A stretch of 64,000 nt of DNA from Bacteroidetes bacterium B1(2017) (GCA_002256395.1 NKJG01000002.1:209098-273097), one strand, 5' to 3'; counted from the stretch's first letter, positions 10,297 to 20,031 are shown. Program-made: numbers and translations. Notes: a model not told the origin generated them from the sequence alone.

Positions 10297-12486
10297 TTGA
10301 ACATGAAAAAAGAACTTAATTGGCTATATTTTTTGGATACTGTACTGAACAGTTATAGCCAAATATTTTTTTCTTTAAACAAGCTATTTGCTAGCACTAT
10401 ACTTTTGGTAACATTTTTTGATCCAAAGGTTGGGTTATTTGGTCTAGTATCTGTTTTGCTAGTGAACCTAATGGCCTTTGCCTTTGGATTTAATAGAAAA
10501 GAAATAAGAGAAGGTATTTTTGGCTTTAATGCCTTGCTATTTGGATTGGCCATGGGTTTTAGATTCGAGATAAACGGAGCATTCCTTGTTTTGTTTTTTG
10601 TTTCGAACCTAAGCTTATTAGTTACAACAGCCGTCTTTAAGGGTAGTTTTGGTAAGGTACAATTGCCCTTTTTAAGTTTCCCGTTTTTACTAAGCTATTG
10701 GATAGTTTGTCTTGCCGTTAGTAGCTTAAGTAATATTCATTTGGCTGCGCCTGTGGTTTATTCTGAAATAGGAGTGCCTGGAGTTCAAAGTTTTTTTGAG
10801 ACTCTAGTGCATAGTTTGGATACTGTTTCAATGCCTGTATTAATTAAAATTTTCTTCAAAACTTTGGCTGCAACATTTTTTATTTCATCGGTTTTAGGTG
10901 GTTTATTAATTGCTATTTCTTTGTTTTTATTTTCGCGTATAACCTTCTCCCTTGCTGTGTTTGGGTTTACTGCGGCATTTTATGTGTATGATATTTTTGG
11001 TGCAGATATTTATCAACTTTCAGATAATATGGTTGGGTCGAACTATATCTTTTTTGCTATTGCGATAGGTGGCTTTTACCTCATTCCAAATTTGTATTCG
11101 TATGCAAGTAGTTTGGTTTTGGTACCCGTTTTATTATTAATGCAAATTGCCTTTGATAAATTATTTACTGGTTTTGAACTTAAAACCTTTACCCTTGCAT
11201 TTAGTGTTTTAACCTGTATCTTTTTATATGCCCTTCATCAAAGATGGATGCATAAATTTTTACACCTTGTTACCATTCAATATTATTCGGCCGAAAAAAC
11301 AGTTTATAAATATTTAAATGCCTTAAGTAGATTCAATCAAGCACACTTAAAGAAATTTGCTTTGCCTTTTTGGGGTGAGTGGCAGGTAAGCCAAGCATAT
11401 GATGGTAAAATAACTCATTTGGGCGATTGGAGTAAGGCTTTAGATTTTGTGGTGGTGGATGAAAAGTTAAAAACCTATAGAGAACCTGGACTTCATCTAA
11501 ATGATTTTTATTGCTATAATAAACCTGTTTTAGCTCCTGCCGATGGATATGTATATGCTATTTTTAACCATATAGATGATAATGAAATTGGGGTGGTTGA
11601 TACCGAAAAAAATTGGGGAAATAGTATCCTTATAAATCATTTGGATGGGGTGTTTTCACAAATAAGCCATCTTAAAAAGGACTCTTTTAAAGTAGCAGTT
11701 GGTGACTTTGTACAAAAGGGAACTTTATTGGCAGCATGCGGCAGCAGTGGGCGTTCACCAGAGCCTCATATGCATTTCCAGCTTCAAACAACCCCAACCT
11801 TAGGGGCAAAAACCTTAGCTTATCCCTTGGCCTATTACTTAGAACTTGGAATTACTAAAGAATGGGAGTTAAAACAATTTGAAGTACCCAAACAAGATGT
11901 AATCATTTCAAATGTTATGCAAGAAAAGCTATTGCATGATGCGTTTGATTGGATGCCTGGTAAACAATTTCATTTCGTAATTGAGGGTAAATCTGATTTA
12001 ATTGAATGGGAGGTTTTTACAGATGAATACAATAGATTATACCTTTTTGAACCTAAAACAAACAGCTATGCCTATTTTGTAAACGATGGCACTCGCTTTT
12101 ATTTCACCGACTTTGAAGGAAGTAGAAAGAGTAGTTTGTTTCAATTATACACTAGTTGCTATTCAGTATTATTAGGTGTATATCCAAAAATAAATTTAGG
12201 AGACAAGCTACCATTGATTCATTTTAATCCGCCTATTTTAATTTGGTTTCAAGATGTTTTGGCTCCATTTTATTTATTTACGGAAGCACGTTTTTCAAGT
12301 AAAATTAGAAAGGTAGACCAATTATTAGCCCCACAACGAATAGAAATTGAAAGTAATGTGGAGGCACGTTTATTAAATCAGAAGTTTAAAAGCAGCACCT
12401 ATTCTATTGTTATTACAGAAAAAGGTGTTTCAGAATTAACATTACTTAATGGCCCTAAAACAGAAAAATGGATATGCGTAGATTAA
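10297..12486 (+). CDS. Polytopic membrane protein: N-terminal urea-transporter (UT)-like domain fused to C-terminal M23 (LytM) metallopeptidase domain
   Basis: 729 aa. The N-terminal ~330 aa are polytopic with UT-family-like motifs (SQIFFSLNKLFAS..., GIFGFNALLFGLAMGF). The C-terminus carries the M23 signature (HLDGVFSQISHL...GSSGRSPEPHMHFQL, i.e. the HxxxD...HxH arrangement). Confidence 0.7.
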   Translation: MNMKKELNWLYFLDTVLNSYSQIFFSLNKLFASTILLVTFFDPKVGLFGLVSVLLVNLMAFAFGFNRKEIREGIFGFNALLFGLAMGFRFEINGAFLVLFFVSNLSLLVTTAVFKGSFGKVQLPFLSFPFLLSYWIVCLAVSSLSNIHLAAPVVYSEIGVPGVQSFFETLVHSLDTVSMPVLIKIFFKTLAATFFISSVLGGLLIAISLFLFSRITFSLAVFGFTAAFYVYDIFGADIYQLSDNMVGSNYIFFAIAIGGFYLIPNLYSYASSLVLVPVLLLMQIAFDKLFTGFELKTFTLAFSVLTCIFLYALHQRWMHKFLHLVTIQYYSAEKTVYKYLNALSRFNQAHLKKFALPFWGEWQVSQAYDGKITHLGDWSKALDFVVVDEKLKTYREPGLHLNDFYCYNKPVLAPADGYVYAIFNHIDDNEIGVVDTEKNWGNSILINHLDGVFSQISHLKKDSFKVAVGDFVQKGTLLAACGSSGRSPEPHMHFQLQTTPTLGAKTLAYPLAYYLELGITKEWELKQFEVPKQDVIISNVMQEKLLHDAFDWMPGKQFHFVIEGKSDLIEWEVFTDEYNRLYLFEPKTNSYAYFVNDGTRFYFTDFEGSRKSSLFQLYTSCYSVLLGVYPKINLGDKLPLIHFNPPILIWFQDVLAPFYLFTEARFSSKIRKVDQLLAPQRIEIESNVEARLLNQKFKSSTYSIVITEKGVSELTLLNGPKTEKWICVD

Positions 12487-13802
12487 TATTTTTTCTTTTC
12501 ATTTGGCCCGTCTTAATAAACGCTCAACCACTTACCTACACTAGTGTTGAGGTTAAATCTTTAGAGTATTACAATGATTTTGAGTATAAAAAATTAACGA
12601 AACTAGGTGAGGAGGCTTTGGATCAAAAAATTGATTTTTACGACCTACGAGTGCGAATGGGAATTGCTTATTATAAAATGAACAAATTTGAACCAGCCAC
12701 CATTCATTTTATGAAAGCAGTTGAAATGAATCCATCTGAACCTGATATTTTATCCTATGCCTATAATTGCTTGCTAATTACTGCTCAATTTAATAGAGCA
12801 AATGCATTCCTAATTCAATATCCAACTACAAGTGCAAGCATAAAACCAAAATCAACAGGTTTAGGAAGCGTTGAAATAGAAACCGGTTTAATCAATACGA
12901 ATTTAGCATCTAGTTATTCGGGAGAGATTTTGCGAGAATCAGGTTCTAATTATGCCTCTGGTAATTTCTTTTCTAAAATGGCCTATACTCGTGTATATGC
13001 TGAGGGATTAGCCTCACCCGACCTTAGATGGCATTTAGGTGGAAATATTTTTCAATCAACCCACCTGAGTAAGCTTGAGTTTTTTGATAAGAATACAGAG
13101 GTAGAAAAGTCGAGCTTAAATTATCAATTCAATTTTGGGTTTACTAAATTGCTTGCACACGGATGGCAAACAGGTATTGGCATTGCTTATTATCGTCAAA
13201 ACTTCCCATTCCCCTACGTTTCATCAACTATTCAGCCACCACCTCCAAATTCGGTATTTAAGGATTCCATTGAAACATCAAACGCTGTTAGTATTAGCGC
13301 TCTTATTTCAAAACGCATGAAATATATAGAACCTATTTTAGTGCTTAATTACGGCGATTTCGATCTTAAAAATAGATTTCAAGCAGAATTAGGAATAACA
13401 ACTTTCCCATTGGGTCATCAACAATTATACACCTACACGAGTGGCTCGTTTATTAGAAGTGATGGGAGTAATTCATATGCCTTTAATCAAAAAATTGGCT
13501 ATTCATTTAAGAATTCAATCTCCCTTGAGGGAAGCTTTTTAAAAGGTTCTTTAGATAATTATATGTGCAATATGGGCTTCTTAACCTTAAATACATTTGA
13601 CCCTTTGAAATGGTCGGCTGGAGCCGATTTAAATTACAGAATAAAGAGGTGGATTATTACACCTGGCTATAGAATTCAAAAAAGAGCTGGATCTTATGAA
13701 AGCGAATCTGCTCCAATTGGTCCTGTTCAACCAACTATAAAGACGAACAATTTTTCTTATTCAACAAACTTATTTTTTATCACACTAAAATGTCAATTTT
13801 AA
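12468..13802 (+). CDS. Secreted TPR-like N-domain + predicted outer-membrane beta-barrel protein
   Basis: 444 aa. The start overlaps the upstream stop by 19 nt. It has a signal peptide and TPR-like helices at ~40-110. The C-terminal ~300 aa show alternating-hydrophobic beta-strand character and end in a terminal Phe (..LKCQF), typical of OMP barrels. Confidence 0.4.
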   Translation: MDMRRLIFFLFIWPVLINAQPLTYTSVEVKSLEYYNDFEYKKLTKLGEEALDQKIDFYDLRVRMGIAYYKMNKFEPATIHFMKAVEMNPSEPDILSYAYNCLLITAQFNRANAFLIQYPTTSASIKPKSTGLGSVEIETGLINTNLASSYSGEILRESGSNYASGNFFSKMAYTRVYAEGLASPDLRWHLGGNIFQSTHLSKLEFFDKNTEVEKSSLNYQFNFGFTKLLAHGWQTGIGIAYYRQNFPFPYVSSTIQPPPPNSVFKDSIETSNAVSISALISKRMKYIEPILVLNYGDFDLKNRFQAELGITTFPLGHQQLYTYTSGSFIRSDGSNSYAFNQKIGYSFKNSISLEGSFLKGSLDNYMCNMGFLTLNTFDPLKWSAGADLNYRIKRWIITPGYRIQKRAGSYESESAPIGPVQPTIKTNNFSYSTNLFFITLKCQF

Positions 13803-14401
13803 AACAACTAGTTCTTGGAATGCTTCTAGTGGCAACCATTAACGCTAACGCCCAAAACTTAAGTGAGATTTTTGCTAAGAGTTATGCTGCAGAAAAAAAC
13901 GCTAACTATACCGAAGCAATTGCAGCTATGCAAGCACAAACGTATACCTCTTCATATGAAGTAAATTTACGATTAGGTTGGCTATATTATGCCGATAAAA
14001 AGCATAGCGAATCTGTAGCTTATTATCAAAAAGCAATTGCCTTAAAACCATTGGCTACAGAGCCATTATGGGGGATAATTTATCCTTTAAGTGTGCAAGA
14101 AAAGTGGACAGGAGTGGAGCAAGCATATAAAGATATTTTAAAGCTTGATCCAAGAAATTCAAAAGCCAATTACTACCTAGGTTCGATCTACTTTTATAGA
14201 AAAGATTATACCACTGCTAAAAAATATTTGCAAGAAGTTATTGCTCTTTATCCATTTGATAAAGATGCCAATTTACTTTACGGCTGGAGTCAATATTATC
14301 TTGGAAATACAAGTGAGGCAAAGAATGCCTTTAACCATGTTTTAAATAGTAAACCAGATGATTCCTCGGCTAAAGAAGGGTTGGCACTGTTAAATAAGTA
14401 G
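13790..14401 (+). CDS. Secreted tetratricopeptide-repeat protein
   Basis: 203 aa with a signal peptide (..ATINANAQ). It has multiple TPR-like W/Y-rich helical repeats. It overlaps the upstream gene by 13 nt. Confidence 0.6.
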   Translation: MSILKQLVLGMLLVATINANAQNLSEIFAKSYAAEKNANYTEAIAAMQAQTYTSSYEVNLRLGWLYYADKKHSESVAYYQKAIALKPLATEPLWGIIYPLSVQEKWTGVEQAYKDILKLDPRNSKANYYLGSIYFYRKDYTTAKKYLQEVIALYPFDKDANLLYGWSQYYLGNTSEAKNAFNHVLNSKPDDSSAKEGLALLNK

Positions 14402-14429
14402 ATTTGGTTTTATTTCTTATCTTTGGAAG

Positions 14430-14816
14430 GTGAAAGATTTCAAGAAATATTATGTCATTCCTGCACCTCCAGAAGATGTGTATTTGGCTCTTACCAATGA
14501 ACCAACTATGATGCTTTGGACAGGTGATCAGGCTAGTTTTGTAGCAGAGGTAGGTTCAGAATTTTCTATGTGGGATGGAAGTATTGTTGGAAAAAATTTA
14601 GAACTTGAGCTTAATAAAAAAATTGTTCAAGAATGGTTTTTTGGAGAGGAACCAACCGAAACTCCAAGTATTGTAACCCTTAAGTTGCATGTTCATAACC
14701 AAGGAACATCAATTGAGGTAAGGCATACTAATATTCCCGACGAAGAATATGATGATATTATCGATGGTTGGACAAACAATTATATGGCAGAACTCTATGA
14801 GTTTTACGATGAATAA
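14430..14816 (+). CDS. SRPBCC-superfamily small protein (Aha1/AHSA1-like)
   Basis: 128 aa. Length and pattern fit the Bet v1-like/AHSA1 fold. It is the last gene of the same operon, 28 nt after the TPR gene. Confidence 0.45.
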   Translation: MKDFKKYYVIPAPPEDVYLALTNEPTMMLWTGDQASFVAEVGSEFSMWDGSIVGKNLELELNKKIVQEWFFGEEPTETPSIVTLKLHVHNQGTSIEVRHTNIPDEEYDDIIDGWTNNYMAELYEFYDE

Positions 14817-14822
14817 TTGGTA

Positions 14823-15458
14823 TTAATTATTAATTTCTCCCTTGCCTTCACGAATTACAATTGGGTCATCCGAAGTGCAATCAATAATGGTTGAGGGGAT
14901 ATTTCCACCCGAACCACCGTCGATAACCATATCCACTTGGTGTTCAAATTTTTCATGAATCTCCTCAGGATCGGTCATATATTCAATTATTTCATCCTCA
15001 TGATGAATGGTTGAAACAACAAGCGGCGAACCTAATTCCTTTATAATGGTTTGTGCAATGGTATTATCTGGAACCCTTATACCAATTGTTTTCTTGTTGC
15101 CAGCAAATAGCTTGCTTACATGGTTATTAGCCCTTAAAATAAAGGTAAAGGCACCAGGCAAATTATTTTTTAACAGCCTAAATACATTTTTATCAATAGC
15201 AGCTGTTACATCAGAAATATTTGCCAAATCAGAACATAATAGGGAGTAATTTACCTTTTCTGGTTTCTTTCCCATAATCCTGCTCATGCGCTCTATTCCT
15301 TTTCTCGAATCCATTCTACAAGCCATAGCATAAATCGTATCCGTAGGAATAATTATTACCCCATCCGAATTCAAAACATCAAGCACCTTTTTTAGGTCGC
15401 GTGGATTTGGATTTTTTGTATGTAGTGCGAGTAGCATGATATAAATGAAAAAAGGCAC
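14823..15458 (-). CDS. tsaC: L-threonylcarbamoyladenylate synthase (TsaC/YrdC family)
   Basis: 211 aa. It carries the YrdC-domain motif ..IIIPTDTIYAMAC.. (the PTDTVYGL equivalent). Confidence 0.75.
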   Translation of the reverse strand: MPFFIYIMLLALHTKNPNPRDLKKVLDVLNSDGVIIIPTDTIYAMACRMDSRKGIERMSRIMGKKPEKVNYSLLCSDLANISDVTAAIDKNVFRLLKNNLPGAFTFILRANNHVSKLFAGNKKTIGIRVPDNTIAQTIIKELGSPLVVSTIHHEDEIIEYMTDPEEIHEKFEHQVDMVIDGGSGGNIPSTIIDCTSDDPIVIREGKGEINN

Positions 15459-15516
15459 TGAGTAATGAAAAGGAAGTAATCCTCACTCATTATTCAGTGC
15501 CTAATTTAGCTAAAAA

Positions 15517-16737
15517 TTATAATTTTCCTGCAACAGCTTGCTGAACTAAATCAGCAGCTTCTTTTAATACAATAGCAGAGTATACTTTCAATCCCGACTC
15601 ATCAATTAATAATTTCGCAGCTTCGGCATTGGTACCTTGCAAACGAACAATAATTGGAACTGGAATATTGCCAATGCTCTTATAAGCATCAACAACACCT
15701 TGTGCAACACGGTCGCAACGTACAATTCCACCAAAAATATTAATTAAAATAGCCTTTACATTAGGGTCTTTCAAGATAATTCTAAAACCAGCTTCTACAG
15801 TTTTTGCATTGGCAGATCCACCCACATCAAGGAAGTTTGCAGGATCGCCACCAGATAATTTAATAATATCCATAGTAGCCATTGCTAAACCGGCACCATT
15901 AACCATACAACCAACGTTTCCGTCTAATTTAACAAAGTTAAGATTGTATTCAGCTGCTTCAACTTCGGTAGCATCTTCTTCAGATGTATCGCGCATTGCT
16001 TCGTAATCTGGATGACGGTATAAAGCGTTGTCATCAATATTTACTTTCCCATCAACTGCAATAATCTTATTGTCTGAAGTGCGCAATACAGGGTTAATTT
16101 CAAACATGGCCGAATCAGATTTGTCGTATGCTTTATATAAAGCGGTAACAAATTTCACCATTTGTTTAAATGCCTCGCCTTCGCAACCTAAGTTAAAAGC
16201 AATCTTACGAGCTTGAAAACCTTGTAAACCCACTTTAGGATCAATGGTTTCTTTATGAATCAAATGTGGAGTATGTTCTGCAACATGCTCAATGTCCATT
16301 CCACCTTCGGTAGAGTAAACAATAATGTTTTTACTTTGACCTCTATCAAGCATTACACTCATGTAATACTCCTTAGTTTCGCCAGGACCTGGATAGTATA
16401 CGTCTTGGGCTACCAAAACTTTACTTACTAGTTTTCCTTTAGGGCCAGTTTGTATTGTAACCAAAGTTCCTCCAAGGATATTTCCTGCAATTTCTTTTGC
16501 CTTATCGGCATTTTTTGCAACGGCAACACCTCTTTGTTCTTTTCCAACAATATTACCTTTCCCACGGCCACCAGCATGAATTTGGGCTTTTATAACCACA
16601 AAATCACTTCCAAATTGATCTTTCAATTTTAATGCAGCAGCATGGGCTTCATCAGCAGTCTCGGCAACTATGCCTTCCTGAACGGCAACGCCAAATGATT
16701 TTAAAATCTGCTTGGCTTGGTATTCATGAATATTCAT
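15517..16737 (-). CDS. sucC: Succinate--CoA ligase (ADP-forming) beta subunit
   Basis: 406 aa. The N-terminus MNIHEYQAKQIL... and the full-length pattern match SucC. Confidence 0.9.
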   Translation of the reverse strand: MNIHEYQAKQILKSFGVAVQEGIVAETADEAHAAALKLKDQFGSDFVVIKAQIHAGGRGKGNIVGKEQRGVAVAKNADKAKEIAGNILGGTLVTIQTGPKGKLVSKVLVAQDVYYPGPGETKEYYMSVMLDRGQSKNIIVYSTEGGMDIEHVAEHTPHLIHKETIDPKVGLQGFQARKIAFNLGCEGEAFKQMVKFVTALYKAYDKSDSAMFEINPVLRTSDNKIIAVDGKVNIDDNALYRHPDYEAMRDTSEEDATEVEAAEYNLNFVKLDGNVGCMVNGAGLAMATMDIIKLSGGDPANFLDVGGSANAKTVEAGFRIILKDPNVKAILINIFGGIVRCDRVAQGVVDAYKSIGNIPVPIIVRLQGTNAEAAKLLIDESGLKVYSAIVLKEAADLVQQAVAGKL

Positions 16738-16801
16738 TTCTTATAAAATTTGTTGCGAAAATACGTTTTCAAACAACAATTGAAAGTATTTATCTGCTAT
16801 T

Positions 16802-18265
16802 GTGCAAAACACTTTTCTCTTTGTTACCTTCGGATTTGCAAAAATGAAATCAATTCTAACTTTAACTTACACAAAATCATGGATTTTGGTGCTCGTTACC
16901 GGATTTTTCGCCTTTTTGTTTCATGTCCAAAATCCTGTTGTTAGGGAGTGGGATGAGGCAACTTATGGCATAAATGCCTACGAAATGAGTCAGTCGAACA
17001 ATCCAATTGTGGTTACTTTTAACCACCAAAGCGATGTTTACAACTCAAAACCACCTTTTGGAGTCTGGTTAATGAGCCTATCTACAAAAATATTTGGAGT
17101 GAATACGTTCTCCTTACGATTTCCTTCAGCTCTTTTAGCCTACCTCTTTTCATGTTTTCTGTTTTATTTCATTTATAAAGAGTTTAAAAATTTAGAATGG
17201 GCATTGTTTGCGTCGCTTATTTTAATTGGAAGCATTGGCTTTACGGGTTGGCACGAAGCTCGTAGTGGCGATTTTGATGCCATGGTGGCCGTTTTTATGG
17301 CTCTTGCTATTCTCTATTTTTCAAAGGCAATTTTGTTACATGAACCTCAAAGGCTCTTACTATTCTTTCTTTTTTTAACTTTAGCCTGCCTAACCAAAGG
17401 CGTTTATGGATTAATTATTTTACCTGGATTATTTCTATTTACAAGTAGTCAAAAACAACTAAAATGGAGCGTGTCGCAATGGCAATTATATATTGGTTTT
17501 GTTGCTTTCTTAATCTCATTTATGGGATATTATTTTCTGCGAGAAAGGATGAGTCCAGGATACTTTAAAGCGGTTTTAGAAAACGAGGTAGGGGAGCGTG
17601 TTTTTTTAGAAACCAATATTCATAAAACAGAAATTCCGTTTTACTATCATACAGTTAAATTACTTGTTTATCGCTTTCAACCTTTCATACTTTTACTGCC
17701 TTTTTTTGCAGTTAAATTTTGGTTCGAACCAAGCACACATGAAAAAAGATTTTTGACAGCTATTGTTTTAAGTGCAGCAAGTATTTGGTGTGTCATTTCA
17801 TTTTCAAAAACCAAATTAGTTTGGTATGATGGGAGCTTGTATCCTTTGCTTGCTATATGTTTGGGGTGGTTTATATCCGTTCAATCGCAAAAGCTTAGAG
17901 CATATGCTACGCCTGCCTTGCTCCTTATTGCGACCTTTGTATTTTATTTAAATTACACTGAAAAAGACAGCTTTGAGTTTCCTCATTTTTTAAAAGAATT
18001 GCGAACACAAAAACAAGTTATCGAACCATTAAAAGTATATAGTACCAAATTTGAACATCCAATTAGATATTACCTTTTACAAGATAGTTTGGCTTGTTAT
18101 AAATCGAGTTATACCAACGATATTAAATCGCTTAATGTTGGCGATTGGCTAATTGTAAATTTAGAAGAACAACCTATCTCAAAATTTGATTCTATTTTTG
18201 AGGTAAATCCAATTTTTGATAAAGGTAAATATGTGCTACTGGTGCTCGAAGAAAAACCCAATTAA
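16802..18265 (+). CDS. Lipid-carrier-dependent glycosyltransferase, GT39/ArnT/PMT-like polytopic membrane protein
   Basis: 487 aa with ~11 TM helices. The N-terminal loop carries a DE/aromatic-rich motif (REWDEATYG...KPPFG) typical of the ArnT/PMT family. Confidence 0.6.
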   Translation: MQNTFLFVTFGFAKMKSILTLTYTKSWILVLVTGFFAFLFHVQNPVVREWDEATYGINAYEMSQSNNPIVVTFNHQSDVYNSKPPFGVWLMSLSTKIFGVNTFSLRFPSALLAYLFSCFLFYFIYKEFKNLEWALFASLILIGSIGFTGWHEARSGDFDAMVAVFMALAILYFSKAILLHEPQRLLLFFLFLTLACLTKGVYGLIILPGLFLFTSSQKQLKWSVSQWQLYIGFVAFLISFMGYYFLRERMSPGYFKAVLENEVGERVFLETNIHKTEIPFYYHTVKLLVYRFQPFILLLPFFAVKFWFEPSTHEKRFLTAIVLSAASIWCVISFSKTKLVWYDGSLYPLLAICLGWFISVQSQKLRAYATPALLLIATFVFYLNYTEKDSFEFPHFLKELRTQKQVIEPLKVYSTKFEHPIRYYLLQDSLACYKSSYTNDIKSLNVGDWLIVNLEEQPISKFDSIFEVNPIFDKGKYVLLVLEEKPN

Positions 18266-20031
18266 TAATAGAAATTTCCAATATTATAGCGCAGTTCCAT
18301 GGCTTCAATTTGAGTGCGTTTTCCAAATATCACATCCAAATACTCCTCATCAAAGGATAGGGTAATAAACTCTTCTTCTAATTTCGCATCACCAGCTATT
18401 AAATTTAATAAATCCGAAATCGATTTATAGTCGTAAATGTCTCCAATATCTTCGGGTTCCATGGTGTAAACCTTATTGTTGGCAAATACGCTCACCGTGT
18501 AAGTGTAAGTTTCAACGGTTTCTGTTTCTGTTGCTTTCGATTCAATTAAATAGGGCCCAATTTTACCTTTACTTAATTCTAAAAAGGAACTTATGAGTGG
18601 CTCATAATTTAATGGTAAATCGTTGCCAATTAGGCTAACGCTTTTGTAATTTCCAATATGCTCTAAAACTCTATAAATATTGCTTCCCGAAGGTTTAGAT
18701 AAGGCAGTATCTTTAGATAGAATATCAATAAGTTTCACTTCATTTTTAGTTTCAACGATACCAATTTGGGTTAAATCATTAACTAATGCTTCTACATTTT
18801 GGGTGTTAATTTCATAGTAGATCAATAGTTCTTTATAAGTTTTTTCGTCCTTTATATATGGGGTTCTATTAACAATAAAACTATCAGCCCCCATATCAAT
18901 TAGCGCCTTTACAACTGTTTCCTTTTCGTAATTTGAAGTATAAGAATTGCCTGTTACCTGCTTAAGTAATTTAATTGGAATTTCAGGGTTATGATTTGCC
19001 TTATAAAAATCAATTGCTATATCTATTTCTGAGCTATAAGTATCTTGGTCACCCAGTTTTTCAAGCAAAATTGGCTCGTATTTCTGTCTGTCGCAGCGCA
19101 TAATAAACTCATTTGGTAGTTTACCTAGCGCTTTGTTTTTTGCTAATATTTTTGCTAACGGAAGTGCATTTTCTGATCCATATTTTAACAAGACGTTTGA
19201 AATTTGATAGGCTGGATTATTACTCGCGTATCCTTTCAAACTCGTAAACTCATTTCGTGCAAGAATCTTCAATTCGTATATTTTGGTGCAAATGTCAACA
19301 CTAATTTGGCGGTTACCAGTATAGTTATTTGTAGCAAACGATTCCAAACCATTGGCAATCCAATAGTCTTTCTTTAAATTGAATTTTCTTTCCAAAATCA
19401 TCTGCCCCATCCATTGCAAAATAGAAGTGTTAATGCCTTCCTCCCCAAGCCAATAAAACAATCTTCCATTTTCTACTTCACCCTTTGTTAATAGATGATT
19501 TTCGAAAGCCTTTTGGTAACCTGGTAGTTGATAAAAACCTGCTATTTGGGCAACTGAAACTTCATCGGCTGTATCTTCTAAGTTCATTAAAATTGCCGAT
19601 GATAAGAGTGTATTTGATAAAAGTTGTTTACACTCTTCATATACAATTGCATTCGACGATAAATCACTATAAATGCTATTTCGTAATTCGGCACTATCTC
19701 CTTTCAAATCAATTAAAACTTGTTTAAGGGCATTGGTATCTCCTAAAACATATCTGGTAGCTGCACTTAATTCATTAAATTTTTGTTGCTTTTTTAATTT
19801 TCTAGCTGGCTCATTATCTAGGTATTCCTGCCTCATAAGCTTTACCAATGCCGAATCACTAATAATTACAATATGTGTCGAACCAGGTTCTTCCTCCTCA
19901 TAGTCTGTTGTTGTAATTTCTACTTTGGGAGATTTTTTGTTCTTAAGTATTTCTTTCTTTAGCAAATCCCAATATTGGGCATGAACCATGGAACTACTTA
20001 ATACACAAATTAAAAATACAATTGTCCTCAT
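18262..20031 (-). CDS. Hypothetical secreted protein
   Basis: 589 aa with a signal peptide (..SSMVHAQ). I recognise no domain. Confidence 0.4.
   Translation of the reverse strand: MRTIVFLICVLSSSMVHAQYWDLLKKEILKNKKSPKVEITTTDYEEEEPGSTHIVIISDSALVKLMRQEYLDNEPARKLKKQQKFNELSAATRYVLGDTNALKQVLIDLKGDSAELRNSIYSDLSSNAIVYEECKQLLSNTLLSSAILMNLEDTADEVSVAQIAGFYQLPGYQKAFENHLLTKGEVENGRLFYWLGEEGINTSILQWMGQMILERKFNLKKDYWIANGLESFATNNYTGNRQISVDICTKIYELKILARNEFTSLKGYASNNPAYQISNVLLKYGSENALPLAKILAKNKALGKLPNEFIMRCDRQKYEPILLEKLGDQDTYSSEIDIAIDFYKANHNPEIPIKLLKQVTGNSYTSNYEKETVVKALIDMGADSFIVNRTPYIKDEKTYKELLIYYEINTQNVEALVNDLTQIGIVETKNEVKLIDILSKDTALSKPSGSNIYRVLEHIGNYKSVSLIGNDLPLNYEPLISSFLELSKGKIGPYLIESKATETETVETYTYTVSVFANNKVYTMEPEDIGDIYDYKSISDLLNLIAGDAKLEEEFITLSFDEEYLDVIFGKRTQIEAMELRYNIGNFYY

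Noticed and set aside
8933-10553. Antisense small ORFs 8933-9181(-), 10052-10288(-), 10353-10553(-)
   Set aside because: They are fully embedded antisense in the decarboxylase and UT/M23 genes, which have strong family motifs. No independent support exists.
14430-14816. Calling the 128-aa SRPBCC protein a polyketide cyclase, implying a PKS cluster
   Set aside because: No PKS/NRPS genes are present. Small SRPBCC/AHSA1 proteins are widespread general ligand-binding or stress proteins.
15007-16944. Short ORFs antisense to tsaC and sucC, and ORFs 16632-16944(+) in the sucC/GT39 divergent promoter
   Set aside because: They are antisense within well-supported genes or sit in a 64-bp divergent promoter region, so they are spurious.
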